Source: Octopus vulgaris
Lineage: Eukaryota
Direction of reading: 5' to 3'
DNA length: 64,000 nt
NCBI GenBank assembly: GCA_951406725.2
Contig: OX597822.1
Span: 117,800,001 to 117,864,000 of the forward strand
Positions 28,233 through 43,101 of this stretch are shown in pieces. The stretch's first letter is position 1. The number at the start of each line of letters is the position of its first letter. The notes under the pieces were generated by a model that saw nothing but the letters and a program-made list of their open reading frames with translations, did not search any database and was not told the origin of the DNA. Both the position numbers and the translations under genes were made by a program.

Positions 28233-30307
28233 ATGTATGTATCGATAGATTGACAGATGTGTGTGTTTGTGTGCGTGTGTGTGCACGTATGTAGTATAGG
28301 TAGCAGAAGTAGCGGTGCCTGTTGTAGTGGTGTTGGTGTTGCGGCTGAAGGCAGTGATTGCGGCTACAGCTGCAGTATCTGTCGTAGTGGTGTTGATAGT
28401 GCTGGAAGTAGTACGAACACTAAACATCAGGTTGCAGTGGTGGTGGTCGCAGTAGGAGTGTTGCAGCACAATTACAAATGATAAGTAATGGTGCTGTTGT
28501 GGATAGTAGTAGGGTATAGGGTAGCGGTAGTGCAGGAGGTAGTAGGAGTGTAGCTATTGGTAGGTAGTTAGTAGTTGTAGTAGTAGTAGTAGTGTTTCTG
28601 TGAATAATGATGTTAGCGGTACTGTGTTTGTATTCTTGTGCAGACATTAAGGTACGTTGATGCTAGCGGTGGTGGTGGAGGTGGAGGTATTGATGGAGGT
28701 GTTGGTGGAGGTGTTGGTGGAGGTGTTGGTGGTGGTGTTGGTGGTGGTGTTGGTTGTAGTTTTGGTGGTTGTGGTGTTGTTGGTGGTTGTGTTGGTGGTA
28801 GTGTAGGTGGTGGTGTTGGTTGTAGTTTTGGTGGTTGTCGTGTTGTTAGTGGTTGTGTTGTTGGTGGTTGTGTTGGTGGTAGTCTTGTTGGTGGAGGTGT
28901 TGGTGGAGATGTTGGTGGTGGTGTAGGTGGTGTTGGTGGTGGTGTTGGTGGTTGTGGTGTTGGTGGTTGTGGTGTTGGTGGTGGTGTTGGTGGTTGTGGT
29001 GTTGGTGGTTGTGGTGTTGGTGGTTGTGGTGTTGGTGGTGGTGTTGGTGGTTGTGGTGTTGGTGGTTGTGGTGTTGGTGGAGGTGTTGGTGGAGATGTTG
29101 GTGGTTGTGGTGTAGGTGGTGTTGGTGGTGGTGTTGGTGGTGGTGTTGGTGGTTGTGTTGGTGGTGTTGGTGGTGGGTGGTGGTGGTGGTTGTGGTGTTG
29201 GTGGTTGTGGTGTTGGTGGAGGTGTTGGTGGAGATGTTGGTGGTGGTGTAGGTGGTGTTGGTGGTGGTGTTGGTGGTTGTGGTGTTGGTGGTGGTGGTGT
29301 TGGTGGTGGTGTTGGTGGTTGTGGTGTTGGTGGTTGTGGTGTTGGTGGTGGTGTTGGTGGTTGTGGTGTTGGTGGTTGTGGTGTTGGTGCAGGTGTTGGT
29401 GGAGATATTGGTGGTGGTTGTAGATTTGGTGGTTGTGTTGGTGGTGGTTGTGTTGTTGTTGGTACTGGTATTGGTGGTGTTGATGGTTAGTGATGTTGGA
29501 AGTGGTACTGGTGGTACTGGAGTTGTTGGGGGTGGTGTTAGAGGTGGTGAGGTTCGTGGTGGTGATGCTAGTGGTAGTGGTGGTGACATTGTTGTTGTTG
29601 GTAGTTGTGGTGGTGGTGGTGGTGTTGGTGGTGGTGGTGGAGGTGGTGTTAGTGATGATGTTGATCGTGGTGTTGGTGTTTGTGGGGTTGATGGTGTTGG
29701 TGGTGGTTGTGGTGGTAGTGTTTGTTATTTTGGTGTTGGCCGTGTTGTTGTTAGTGGTGGTGGTTTTGGTGGTAGTGGCGTTGTTGTTGATTTGTTTCTT
29801 TCACAATTTCGGTGGTAGTAGTAGTGTGGTGGTGGAAGAGACGATTGGTGGTAGTGGTGTTGGAGATAGTTCGGTTTGTTGTTTTTGTTGTTTAACCCTG
29901 GCTAGCTTGCCTGTACAGACCTACGATCACTACTTTCACCAATACCACCAGCAACACCAACGCCAACACTATTACCATTACCTCCATCACCATCACAACC
30001 ACCACCACCACCACCACAACCACCACTACTATCTCAACTACTACTACCAGCACCACCACCACCACTATTGCTACTAGTACTACTACTACTATCACCAGCA
30101 CCACCAGCACCACCACTACAACTACTACAACAACTACTACTACTACAACTACTACGACCAACAGCAGCACCACCTCCACTACTACCACCACAACTACTAC
30201 TACTACTACTATCACCACCACCACCACCATTTCTATAACCATCATTAAGACCACTACTATCAACATAACCACATCCGTAGGCATCCCTTTATTTATTTCC
30301 TCCTGCA

Positions 30308-30378
30308 TCGTCTACCTAGAGTCACATGGTCTACCTAGAGTCACATGGTCTACATTGGGTCACATGGTCTACCTAGGG
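30308..30378. repeat. 19-bp tandem repeat (ggtctacctagagtcacat), about 3.5 copies
   Basis: Directly visible. Confidence 0.9.
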
Positions 30379-30888
30379 TTGTATTATCATCACGTTTCGG
30401 ACGACGAGCTATTGCTGATGTTGTAGTCGTTCTTTAGCCCCAGGCCGACCCTTCATGATGAAATAGACCTGTGAGGAAAAGCATTCCATCCATGACCAGC
30501 ACATCACGTTTTTAGGAATAGGGGTCGTTTCCTCCAAACAGTAATGTGAGAGTTGAGAACGACTCGGCTGCTGATTGTAGCGGGTCGAGCATTGGCGTTA
30601 GGTAAGGTATACTTTGCGGTAAGGCTGGTGGTGTTGGTGGGAATGGCCGTGGTGGTGATGGTGGTGTTGGCAGTGGGGATATTAGTGGTGGTGATGGTAT
30701 AGTGGTGGTACTAATGACAGTGGTGGTTGTGGTGGTGGCATTAAGAGATGTAGAAGTAAAGGTGATAGCTGTGATGATGATGTTGTTTGTCATTGATGTT
30801 TTTGTTGGTAGTGATGATGATGACATCGATGTTGGTAATTTTGGTGGTGGTAGTGGTGGTGGTGGTGGTGGTGGTGGTGGTGACGTAA

Positions 30889-31112
30889 GGCGGCGAGCTG
30901 GCAGAAGCGTTAGCGCGCCGGGCGAAATGCTTAGCGGTCTTTCGTCTGCCGCTTCGTTCTGAGTTCAAATTCCGCCGAGGTCGACTTTGCCTTTCATCCT
31001 TTTGGGGTCGATTAAATAAGTACCAGTTACGCTCTGGGGTCGATATAATCGACTTAATCCGTTTGTCTGTCCCTGTTTGTCCTCTCTGTGTTGTGGGTAG
31101 TAAAGAAATAGG
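30889..31112 (+). mobile_element. Near full-length family M SINE (tRNA-like head, Meta/MESC-like domain)
   Basis: ggcggcgagctggcagaagcgttagc (A box) ... gagttcaaattcc (B box) ... gcctttcatccttttggggtcgat...aagtaccag. More than ten related copies in the window. Confidence 0.9.
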
Positions 31113-31530
31113 TGGTGGTGCTGCTGCTGTTGATGATGATGATGTTAGTGGTGGTGGTGATGGTGGTGGTGGTGGTGACTGTGGTGGGTGTTCGTATTCC
31201 AATGATGACAATGGTGGTTGTGATAACTACGTTAGCAATATTAGTGGTAGTGACTAAAGCAGCGAGCAGGCGGAATTGTTACCGCTCTCGGAGGAAATGC
31301 ATAGCGGCACAGCCCCCGGCCAGCCCTTCTCTATTTTTCAAGGCTACCTAGGATTAGATAATAATACGAGCTCTTCTCTCTCTCTCTCTCTCTTTCTTTT
31401 TGTTTTTTTTTGTTTTACTTAACTTTAACACGGTAAGGTAAGAGATTTTAGGGAAGATTTGGCTGCTATATCTTGCAGGAAGACAGAACACGTGAAGATT
31501 GTCACATCAGCTCGCAATAGAAGAGGCTGT

Positions 31531-31566
<36 letters not shown>

Positions 31567-31744
31567 CGACGACGACGATGATGATGATGATGATGATGGC
31601 AATGATGGTGACGATAGCTTTTCAGTTTCGCCAAACCAGATCGAACGCATGTTACACTTAAAGATAATTCGCGCTCGTAAACGTTTCCCTTACATGCATG
31701 ACAAAATTTTGCAACGCATTATCCAACGTTTCTACCTTTTAACA

Positions 31745-31801
<57 letters not shown>

Positions 31802-32047
31802 ATGTGTGTAAATATAGGTAGGGTGTAGTTTCAAGGAAAATAATGTGGTTGCTTTTTGTCTAGAAGGTATAACGAACAACTAGGAGGCTCCTTCGTGTAA
31901 GTGATAAATAATAGTACGAGTAGTTTTGCTTGCAAAAACTCAAAATCATTAGAGTCACTTATATTGCCAGCATTTCTCTCTCTCTACCTCCACACGTATA
32001 CACATATGTAGATGTATATATATGCATGTATGTATATATATATATAT

Positions 32048-32193
32048 AAATTTAACAATTAAGGATAACTTCTTAATAAGGAATCTTAACAAGAAATTAT
32101 CAGGTAGTTAGCGTGAAAAACCTCATAAGAGAAAAAAATTAGAAAATAATTTTTTTCTTTTCTGAGGCATTTATGTGTAATAATGCCCTCTAT

Positions 32194-32198
<5 letters not shown>
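32048..32198. mobile_element. Second copy of the (TA)n-embedded element at 347-598, without the inverted arm
   Basis: Near-identical to 347-459 joined to 557-594; flanked by (TA)n. Confidence 0.8.
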
Positions 32199-32287
<89 letters not shown>

Positions 32288-32322
32288 TGTATGTATGTAT
32301 ATATGTATGTATACATACATAT

Positions 32323-32695
32323 GGTGAGGAGGGTGTTTATTGGACACCCTGCGGGATGAAAAACAAAACCCGTCCAAGGGCGGAGGAACTCTTGAGAGTC
32401 AACGGCCATCCAATAAATGTCTCAGGGCTGTATCATGCGCGGGGACATAGAAATAATCGGACTGAATATCCGATCGCGCGGTTAAACCATTGGGAGTGAA
32501 GGACTCCTAGCTTTTGTCAGGGCATCTTTCTAGGAGAAGGTAACTCAGGTAACTGGGATAACTCCGACATAAAACCTGCGGGTCAGTGGTTACCGATGAT
32601 GTTGACTTGTTCTTCTTTTCGGATTATGGCTGCTGTTGCTTAGTGAGTGGGATTGACTCAGTGCACAGCCTTTCCTCACTTTAAAAAAATCTTCT
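32323..32695 (+). mobile_element. RTE-leader-like non-autonomous element
   Basis: Contains ctaggagaaggtaactc...taaaacctgc, recalled as typical of RTE 5' UTRs. Homologous to 18670-18930. Confidence 0.55.
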
Positions 32696-32773
32696 TGCAC
32701 AGGCATTGCACGATAACAACATTGATTAAGCTTCGTGCAATGGCCATACTCGATAACGAGGGGGCAGCCACCA

Positions 32774-34025
32774 TACGAAGGTGCACCCAAAGGAAACCGG
32801 AATTTTGCTATATTATTTTATTCACTTAGTTTCCCATGTTTACACTTTTATCGCCTTCAAAGTATTCTCTGTTTGAAGCAATGCATAGGTCCAGGCGCAT
32901 TTCCCCTTATTCGAAGGGATACCTTTTAATGGCTCTTTTCGTTTTTTTTTTCTTCACCTCTTCCACATCTGCAAAAAGTTTTCCTTTAAGGATTCTTTTC
33001 GTTCGGGGGCACAAAAACGTCGTAGGGAGCAAGATCGGTTACATAGCGAGGGTGGATAAGCGGGGGTTATGTAATTTTTAGTCAAAGACTGTCTCACATT
33101 CAAGCCGGTGTGTGCAGGTGCATTGTCGTAATGAAACTACCTCTCTCTACTTTGCTACAGGTCAGCCGTTTTCGTCTCACCGCGTCTCGCAAATGCTTCA
33201 TAACTGTCAAGTAAAATGTCTGGTTAACAGCTTGACCAGAAGGAACAAATTCTGTGTGGACAATTCTTTTCTCATCGATAAAACAAATCAGCATCGTTTT
33301 GACATTGGACTTAACTTGGCGCGCTTCTCGTGGCGTTGTAACATTGAATGCTTCCATTGACTTGATTGCTGCTTCGTCTCCGGGTCGTTGCCATACAAGT
33401 TCACGCCTTGATTGTGAGACAGTCCTTCAGTTCACGACACGCATTCAGTTGTGACTGTTCTCGATCTTTCTTGAGCAAGTGAGGCCTAAATTTTGCTGCA
33501 ACTTTTTTCATTCGCAATTCCTCGTCCAACATTCATTCGCAGGAGCTTCAGGACTCACCAATCATGTCAACAAGTTTATCAATTGTTCGGCGACGGTCGT
33601 CCAACACCAGTTCATGAATTTTCATGATGTTTTCGCTCTGAACGTGATTGATCTTAAAGCAACAAGTGACCATTCCTAAAGCCATACCCAAAACCACTTG
33701 TAAACTTGTGTTTGGCTGATGGCAGCGTTCTCAGAAGCTGTCTGAGTCATGAGAACTGTTTCGGTCGCCATTTTCCCCAGCAGAAAACAGAATATCATGG
33801 AAACATGTTGTTCCTTCATTTCAGACATCACAAAAATCGGCGAACAGGAGAGAATCATTGCCAAACAAAAACACACCAAGTGGTTGTACGACTCCACAGG
33901 ACGACGCCGGTCAGCAGACTGATACCTGAAGTTCTCATCAAGTTGCTTCTAGTGGCGGAATACTAAACTTCATCAGGCTTGTCCTACAGAGAATGCTTTC
34001 GATTACTTTTGCGTATCCCCTCCTA
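32774..34025 (-). mobile_element. Near full-length mariner transposon (about 1.25 kb) with pseudogenised transposase
   Basis: Imperfect TIRs TAcgaaggtgcacccaaaggaaaccgg / rc TAggaggggatacgcaaaagtaatcg. Peptides EQHVSMIFCFLLGKMATETVLM...SQTQVYKWF and ARQVKSNVKTMLICFIDEKRIVHTEFVPSGQAVNQTFYLTVMKHLRDAVRRKR, then DNAPAH and DLAP.D motifs. Confidence 0.93.
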
Positions 34026-34126
34026 CATGTGTCCTCTTTTATCCTTTAATTGTTTTAGTCATTTGACAGTGGCCATGCTGGGGCACCTCCTTGAAGAATT
34101 TTAGTCAAGCGTATCGATCCCAGTAC

Positions 34127-34293
<167 letters not shown>

Positions 34294-34665
34294 ATATTTT
34301 CTAAGCCACGTACTTATTCTATCGGCTTCTTTTGCCGAACCGCTAGGTCAAAGGGGCGTAAACACAGCAGACCCTTTTGTAAATCGGTGGTGAAGGAAAA
34401 TACACACACGCATGTGTGTGTGTGTGTGTGTATGTACGTGTGTGTGTGCAAATGCGAGTCTAGGCAGGATTTTATAACACACCTTGTGTTTCCAAGCAAT
34501 CTTCAGGACGTGTAGTCACAAAGCGTGTCAGAAAATCTTGCCTAGACTTGCGTCTCCATGCAAGAATCCGTTAATAGCTCGTGTCTTTATACTGTGTATA
34601 TTAAATAATGTTCATCTTCACTGGACGGTGTACTTTTCTTTATTGATCTTCCCTTAACGGAACAG

Positions 34666-34715
<50 letters not shown>

Positions 34716-36779
34716 ATTGAGAGTCAACGGCTATTGAATAGGTTGCAAGACGCAACGAAAATTTTAGAAAAAAGTAAATGAGTGGAAATCGAACCAGTGA
34801 GTGTGTTTAGTAATAAGGCACTGAAAATAAATGACTCTCCCTAGACACAATAAAATATGCTTCAACACACGAATTCACATAAAGAATCTTGCAAACAAAA
34901 TACAAAAATGAAATATATATATAATATGCGCACGCACACACACACACACGCATATATATCAATCATACCTTTTAATTTTGACATATATTATTGTCTTTAG
35001 AGAGCGTCACAAAGGCTTGTCTTTGACTTTGTGTTCCTACTGACATATTATGGACATGTGATTAATTAGACAGTAACCAATTCCCCAGCCACACACTCGT
35101 GCACACACGCGTACCCTGACAAATACACACATAGACATATATACCATATATAATGTATTAAATTAGGTATTAAATTGACACAATCTTGGCGTTAACACCT
35201 AAAATTGTCTTATTTTTGTTTAGACTCAAGTAAGTTAGACTATTAGCAAAGGTGTTCAAGGCACGACAAACCCAGAATTTTGGCGAGCATTGCATATCTA
35301 GGAGAACATTAAGCAAAGTATCATTAAGCGTTTTAAGGCGGTAAAATAGAATTTGAGCAAAATTTCGTTGCTATCTCTACCATTTAAAATTACTGTGTTG
35401 TGGTTCTAGAAGCTTTGTGGAGAGCCGAAGAGTAGAGTGAATAAACAGTATGATCAGTTGAGAAAATCGTTCCGTGTGGGATCACCCTGCCCTATTTGCC
35501 GAAGTGGAAGACCTTTAAGTTACTGTATTGTGCTACAAAAAGGAAAGGCACATGATATGATATATTCCTAGATATACTACCACTAATTTGATACGTTTCC
35601 ATAGAGGAACACCAACTCTTGATACTTTAATTTAACTGATCCCCTCTGTTAATTAGCAAACTTGAAAGATAGTATTTATATTTCAGATTGTATTGGTCTG
35701 TATAACTCAGGTGTTTCGATCTTGATGACACTATTGTTGTTGTTGTTGTTTAGCTTCAGGTGATTCTTGATCAAAGAGTTATACGATCAAAGTGGTTTTC
35801 ATTTTCGGCTTCAATCGTTTTTTCAGTTAACTCTTCATCCATCGTTCTCTCCTTTCTCGTCATTTTTCTTGTAACTCTATCCACGTTCAAAGTGCTTTAT
35901 AAGAATATGACTGATTGGTACTTATTTTATCGATCTTTCAAAGATGAAAAGCAAAACTGACCTCAGCAGAATTTGAACTCAGGACAACCCATCCGATACC
36001 AACCTGCCTGAGACCTCCCCCTCGTACTGTGGCATAGACATCTTGTTTTCAAGAGTCCTCAGTTAAAATCTTCCATCAGCACTTAATGTTAATTTATGAT
36101 CCAAACACCACTTAACAATGATTAATTTATTTTACTAAATTTTTCATTATTTTCAAAATTAATTGAAGTGAGGCTATTTTATAAGTAAATGCTGCAACGC
36201 ATTCTGTCCGTTACCCTAATGATTCTGTCTACTTGTTTAATACATGAATTTTCATTTGAGTGACATTTAACAGTTATTCTTAACAAATCGAGCGACCGCA
36301 TAACAGATCGCTTATTGTTGCTATTGCTGATTAGTACTTGGTCAGTTTTAATCGAGAAGATTCATGTGCATAGCGCTCCATTTGTGACCATCCAGTTTTT
36401 GTTTCTTTTCGATCGCATAATCATATGTTTCTTTCCATTTTTTAAAGATAAATGTGGTTTGAGGAAGATATTAGGCAGCCACTTCGGCATTCGAGGCCGA
36501 TGAAGCGTAACGATGCAGAAACGTACGCATCTTCCGAACCATGACCTCAATGATATGTTTCCTTACATTTTGTCTATGAGGCAAATTTTCTCCCGAGCCT
36601 ATATCCGCAGCGAAAGGTATTCCCACGTCCATATACACACGGATGTACTAAATATGATTGTACAAGCGTATATTTTATTCAACGCTGCTTTGTGTGCCCC
36701 TAGTTAAATAACTCCTAATACTTTTGTATTCGATGTGTGTCTAATATATTCATATTATTGAGTGTGTTGTTTGATTGTA

Positions 36780-37205
36780 TTTGAAGCTTCATGCTGTTGG
36801 TCAGATTTCGTAGGAGCTATCTTAATTGTGTTGTTGCACAGCCAGTTTCCAGGTGATTTAAATAGGCTTGAAATAGATGTGACAGTGCGAGAAGAACGAA
36901 GGAGAGATGTGGGCATGTGAATTTAATTCCATCTGCGAATGAACCTATCTGTGTTTTACCGAAATATTGAAAAAAGAGTGGATGAAGGAACGCTTTTCTG
37001 TAGTACTTTGTTGACGCTGACAGCAAGTCCCGCTCCTCCTTGCCTTGAGTACTACAGAAATATAGAAATAGTTGATCAAATACCTGATAGGGTAAATGTC
37101 TGACATGAAATATCTGGAGAGGAAAAGGCATCTTTGTGATTCTGAATTTGAAGATTCTCCGGTATTCACTCGCCTGAAGAGCTGATGTTGGCGAAACATT
37201 GAAAT
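36780..37205. mobile_element. Possible Penelope-like element remnant with a hammerhead-like motif at 37170-37205 (+)
   Basis: CTGAAGA GCTGA tg TTGGC GAAA catt has a canonical core and a paired stem II. The adjacent minus-strand peptide LFLSRYFMSDIYPI weakly resembles PLE N-termini. Confidence 0.35.
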
Positions 37206-37259
37206 CAAACTGTGCTTATAATTAATTTTAAATTGTATTCGGTGAATGTTACTTGTTCC

Positions 37260-38655
<1,396 letters not shown>

Positions 38656-38934
38656 TTATTAATACACACACACACACATACTCACACACACACAGTTATG
38701 AGCTGGGAAGTTACGAACGCTTCCCCGCATAAGGAGGTGTCCGTCTTTTGCATTTTTAAGCGCAGTTCACAATCTCGGTCCTTCACTCAGGTAACTTTAC
38801 AACCGCTGGATACGTGTCGTGCGTTTGCTTTGTGCGTGTCTATACGCGCGCAGGTAGATTGGATCACAGGTAAAGTAGTTTTCTCACTTTCCCTTTTACA
38901 CGCACCTGTACATATACACACCTGTGGACACACG

Positions 38935-39016
38935 CACTCACACACTCTCTCTCACACATACACACACTTGTACATTCTCCTCTATCTCTCATGCCATGTG
39001 CGCCAACACTCGCATA

Positions 39017-39087
<71 letters not shown>

Positions 39088-39488
39088 AGACGCAGACACA
39101 CACACACACACACACACACTCACACACATACACACACTTGCACATTCTCCTCTCTATCTCTCATTCCATGTGCGCCAACACTCGCATACACACACACACA
39201 CAAGGACACAGACACACAGACACACACACACACACACACAAAGACACAGACGCAGACACACACACACACACAAAGACACAGACGCAGACACACACACAAA
39301 GACACAGACGCAGACACACACACACAAAGACACAGACGCGCACACACACACACACACACTCACACACATACACACACTTGCACATTCTCCTCTCTATCTC
39401 TCATTCCATGTGCGCCAACACTCGCATACACACACACACACACAAGGACACAGACACACACACACACACACACAAAGACTCAGACACA

Positions 39489-39520
<32 letters not shown>
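38935..39520. repeat. Higher-order tandem repeat: a ~55-bp unique core three times, separated by variable (CA)n/(GACACA)n
   Basis: cacacttg(t/c)acattctcctc(tc)tatctctcat(g/t)ccatgtgcgccaacactcgcatac at about 38963, 39133 and 39373. Confidence 0.92.
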
Positions 39521-39521
<1 letters not shown>

Positions 39522-40437
39522 TGTCTGTCTTAGATTCACTTTACACTAACACACACACGCACACTCTTGTATATACACATTCTCTCTCTCTCTCTCTCTT
39601 TAATTTAATAAACACACACACACACACGCACACACACATACTCCCGCGCACACGCATACATTCGCTGTATAGACGCACGCTTTCTGCTTCACATCGAATA
39701 CACAGCGTAACACACACAAACGCACGCGTTCACACGCACACACACACACACTCGCACACGCTTTCTTTCTGTCTCGTTCAATATTCCTCAGCACTTCCAC
39801 ACACACATCTTCTGTTTCTCATATCATACTCACACAAGCATACAACATACACGCTCACTCACACACGCACGCACACACAAATACACACACACACATGCAC
39901 GTATACACACACACACACACACACACAATATTTCCCCCTTGAATATGCTGGTCTGTCCGTCTGTTATTTCACACACGGTGTTCTGTTTGTTGTATTGAGA
40001 AAACCCGCCAACGTTACAGTAGGCTTTTCAATGTTTCTCTTTTAAATCGCTTTAATTTATGATATAAGCAATGGACGCTATAGTACAATATCTTTCGAGT
40101 CCTTAAACGAAGGATCTGTCTCATTTTGGAGCCTATTTCCTTATTTATTTACCCGGCGATCGAACTTGGCTGGAAATTTCGTTACGTTTTCAGTACACTC
40201 TTTCTCTGCACACTACTGTTCACAAACTTCTTATACCATCGGCCCTTCCACGGAATCGTTGACCCCCCGCATTGACCCCACCCATCAAGGAAAATACTTG
40301 AGCAAAATTAAAACCTAGAATTTATATTAACAATTCTGAATCAGTAAATCCTGCAAACTTTTGAATCATTACCGTTTTATAATAAGAAATTCTTACAGAA
40401 ATTTGATGAAAATACTTGAGGAAAATTGAAAAGGAAT

Positions 40438-40843
40438 GCCACAGGAGTGGCTGTGTGGTAAGTAGCTTGCTTACCAACCACATGGTTCCGGGTTCAATCC
40501 CACTGCGTGGCACCTTGGGCAAGTGTCTTCTACTATAACCTCGGGCCGACCAAAGTCTTGTGAGTGGATTTGGTAGGCGGAAACTGAAAGAAGCCCGTCG
40601 TATATATGTATATATATATGCGTGTGTGTGTTTGTGTGTCTGTGTTTGTCCTCCTAGCATTGCTTGACAACCGATGCTGGTGTGTTTATGTCCCCGTTAC
40701 TTAGCCGTTCGGCAAAAGAGACCGATAGAATAAGTACTGGGCTTACAAAAGAATAAGTCCCGGGGTCGAGTTGCTCGACTAAAGGCGGTGCTCCAGCATG
40801 GCCGCAGCCAAATGACTGAAACAAGTAAAAGAGTAAAAGAGTA
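40438..40843 (+). mobile_element. Full-length tRNA-derived SINE, family C (CORE-like segment, internal TA/TG microsatellite, (GTAAAAGA)n tail)
   Basis: A box tggctgtgtgg, B box ggttcaatccc, caccttgggcaagtgtctt, tail gtaaaagagtaaaagagta. It interrupts an older repeat also seen at about 2490-2710. Confidence 0.93.
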
Positions 40844-41883
40844 TTATATTGATGTAACTGAAATATTTAATGTGAAGTATGTATTTGGTGAATACTAATT
40901 AATACAACGATAATTGGCTGGAATTAGTGAGTTTTATATTAATTAGCCTTGAATTACCGCGCACTTCGAGATTCAGTTCGCTTATAATTCAGCACCCTTA
41001 ATGTTCAAAATCATTTTAGGTGTCCATCGATCCCTTCGACAGCCGCATAGATAACTCATCCACCCTCAGAGGTTATTATTGACGGTTTGCCGACCCCTGT
41101 TTTAGATTATTAACCGAGCTTAAATCAGGTGAGATAGTTTTACCCTAGAACTTTAAAAATCAGATAGGTTCCATCGGAAAGCGAACTTGAAAATCGAATG
41201 GTGAATATTGAATTGGGTGAGAAGGAAAATGTGGTATTTAAAAATATTATGGTCCCTGCTGTCATTTTACTCTGAGTAATCTTCGATTCAGCAGATATTT
41301 AGCCAAATGCGTTCCAACCGTGATCATCCGTTATTTCTAAGCTAAATTATTTAATGTGTCCTTTTCTGTTTAGAGATGGTAGCGTGTGATTTGAGAGAGA
41401 TATGCTTGTTTTTTTCTAGCATATCAGGCGACGACGTGAAGGATTTCTAGTTGTCTTGAGAAATAAAGGAGGGGAGAAGGAGAAGGAGGAGGAAGAGGAG
41501 GAGGATGAATAAATGAAATAGGTGAAGGAGAGAAGTGTCTATTGATAGAGAGAAGAAAAGAGAGAATGGGAGGAGAGAAAAAGAGAGAAGACAAAGTGAG
41601 AAGAGACAGAGAATAAATAATATGGTGAGGAGAGATAAAGGTAAGATAGGAAGACTTACGTTAGTAGTTATAGGTATGTAATTACAGAGATAAAACTAGT
41701 TTATATACACTCGAGTTATATATATATATATATATATACACTTATTAATAAGGGTTCAGCAGAGATTTGCTTTACCACATACCGAAGTTTAGAAATAGCA
41801 GCCAAAAAAGTCTTAGCTATTTCTTCTACTTGGTGAAATTATTAATTACTTCTTAATTAATTAATTTTACCCTTTGTTATTAT

Positions 41884-41938
<55 letters not shown>

Positions 41939-43069
41939 CAAACACACGGAAGTTCGTGTATTGAGTTCTCGTTTGCAAAAGAACGAAAGATATATATATA
42001 TATATAAAGTGATGTAAGTGGGTAGATATATAAATACCTATATGTGTGTGTGGATGGTTGTATATATATATATATATATATATATCTAATTTCTCACCCT
42101 CATTTTAAATTTATATATATATATATACGGATGTGTGTGATTCTGTGTGTATATATGTATGTATTCATAGGCAGATAGATAGACAGGCACATAGATAGAA
42201 TGAGAGAGAGAGAGAGAGAGAGAGAAGTGGAGGAGATAGGTAGATGGATTGATAGTTAGCGATTGATGTTGTTACGTTCCATGTCAGCTCTGTTGAAGTA
42301 GACCCATGATCGAATGCAAGTGAGTTTGGCTGCTATTTCCAGCAGGTCGAGCGACCAGGTAAAGACTTCCTTCCATGCTCGTAGCAAGGTGGAGGATTGC
42401 ATTTGATATTTTGGGTTCGCTGTGATTCGATTTGTATGTTTGCCGGTAAAACATAGTAGTATATGTATGTATGTAGTGTTAGATGAGAGAGAGAGAGAGG
42501 GGGAAAGAGGGAGAGAGAATGAAAGAATAAGACTGAAAGAGAGAGTGAAAATGTAGGATGGAAGAAGAGAGAGACTGAGGAGAATAAAGAAAGGAAAAAT
42601 GAAAAACACGGTCAGCGCGCGAGAAACGATGTGGAGGACGAGTGACAAAAAGAGATAAACACATCGGAAATAGAGAGAGAGAAAGCGAAGGAGAGAGGAA
42701 AAAAGCGAAAGAGAGAGAGAGAGAGAGGAAGTCTTAACAGGAAAAGCGTTTCATGGGTGTAATGCAGGAAGGATGAAAGCGAAGCATGTAGGAAGGGTCG
42801 TCGTGTGCGTGGTTGGTAGTTTGTCCAGGCTACGGAGAACGGAACTCTGGTTCTTCTCCCCACATTGGCTCGCCACAGCCTAGTGGGTGGGCAGGCAGCA
42901 GAGTCAATACAACAGCAAGATCAAGCAGTACAAGGAAAAGGGACAAACCTCAGAAGAACACGCTGGAATTTTCGCCACTGCACAACAACGCAAAATTTAC
43001 AAATATTTATATATTGAAGAAATAACATTTACGTAGACACCACGCGATCGTGCGAGCTTATCAAAGATT

Positions 43070-43101
<32 letters not shown>

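Larger units (their letters stand above)
26420..31260. repeat. Extended GGT/GTT/GTA trinucleotide low-complexity domain, including a GGTGTTGGTGGTTGT-type minisatellite (about 28670-29470) and a TA/TACA block (27460-28240)
   Basis: Directly visible. Strand polarity flips to CAC/TAC at about 29920-30275. Confidence 0.95.

Noticed and set aside
28638-30077. Gly-Val-Cys-rich ORFs resembling structural proteins
   Set aside because: Several frames and both strands are open because of a GGT/TGT minisatellite; no signal peptide or gene context.
38698-40045. Longest ORFs in the track (283 and 373 aa) and a superficially CRISPR-like repeat-spacer pattern
   Set aside because: CA-repeat translations. 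The 'spacers' are microsatellites, there are only three repeats, there are no cas genes, and the DNA is eukaryotic.
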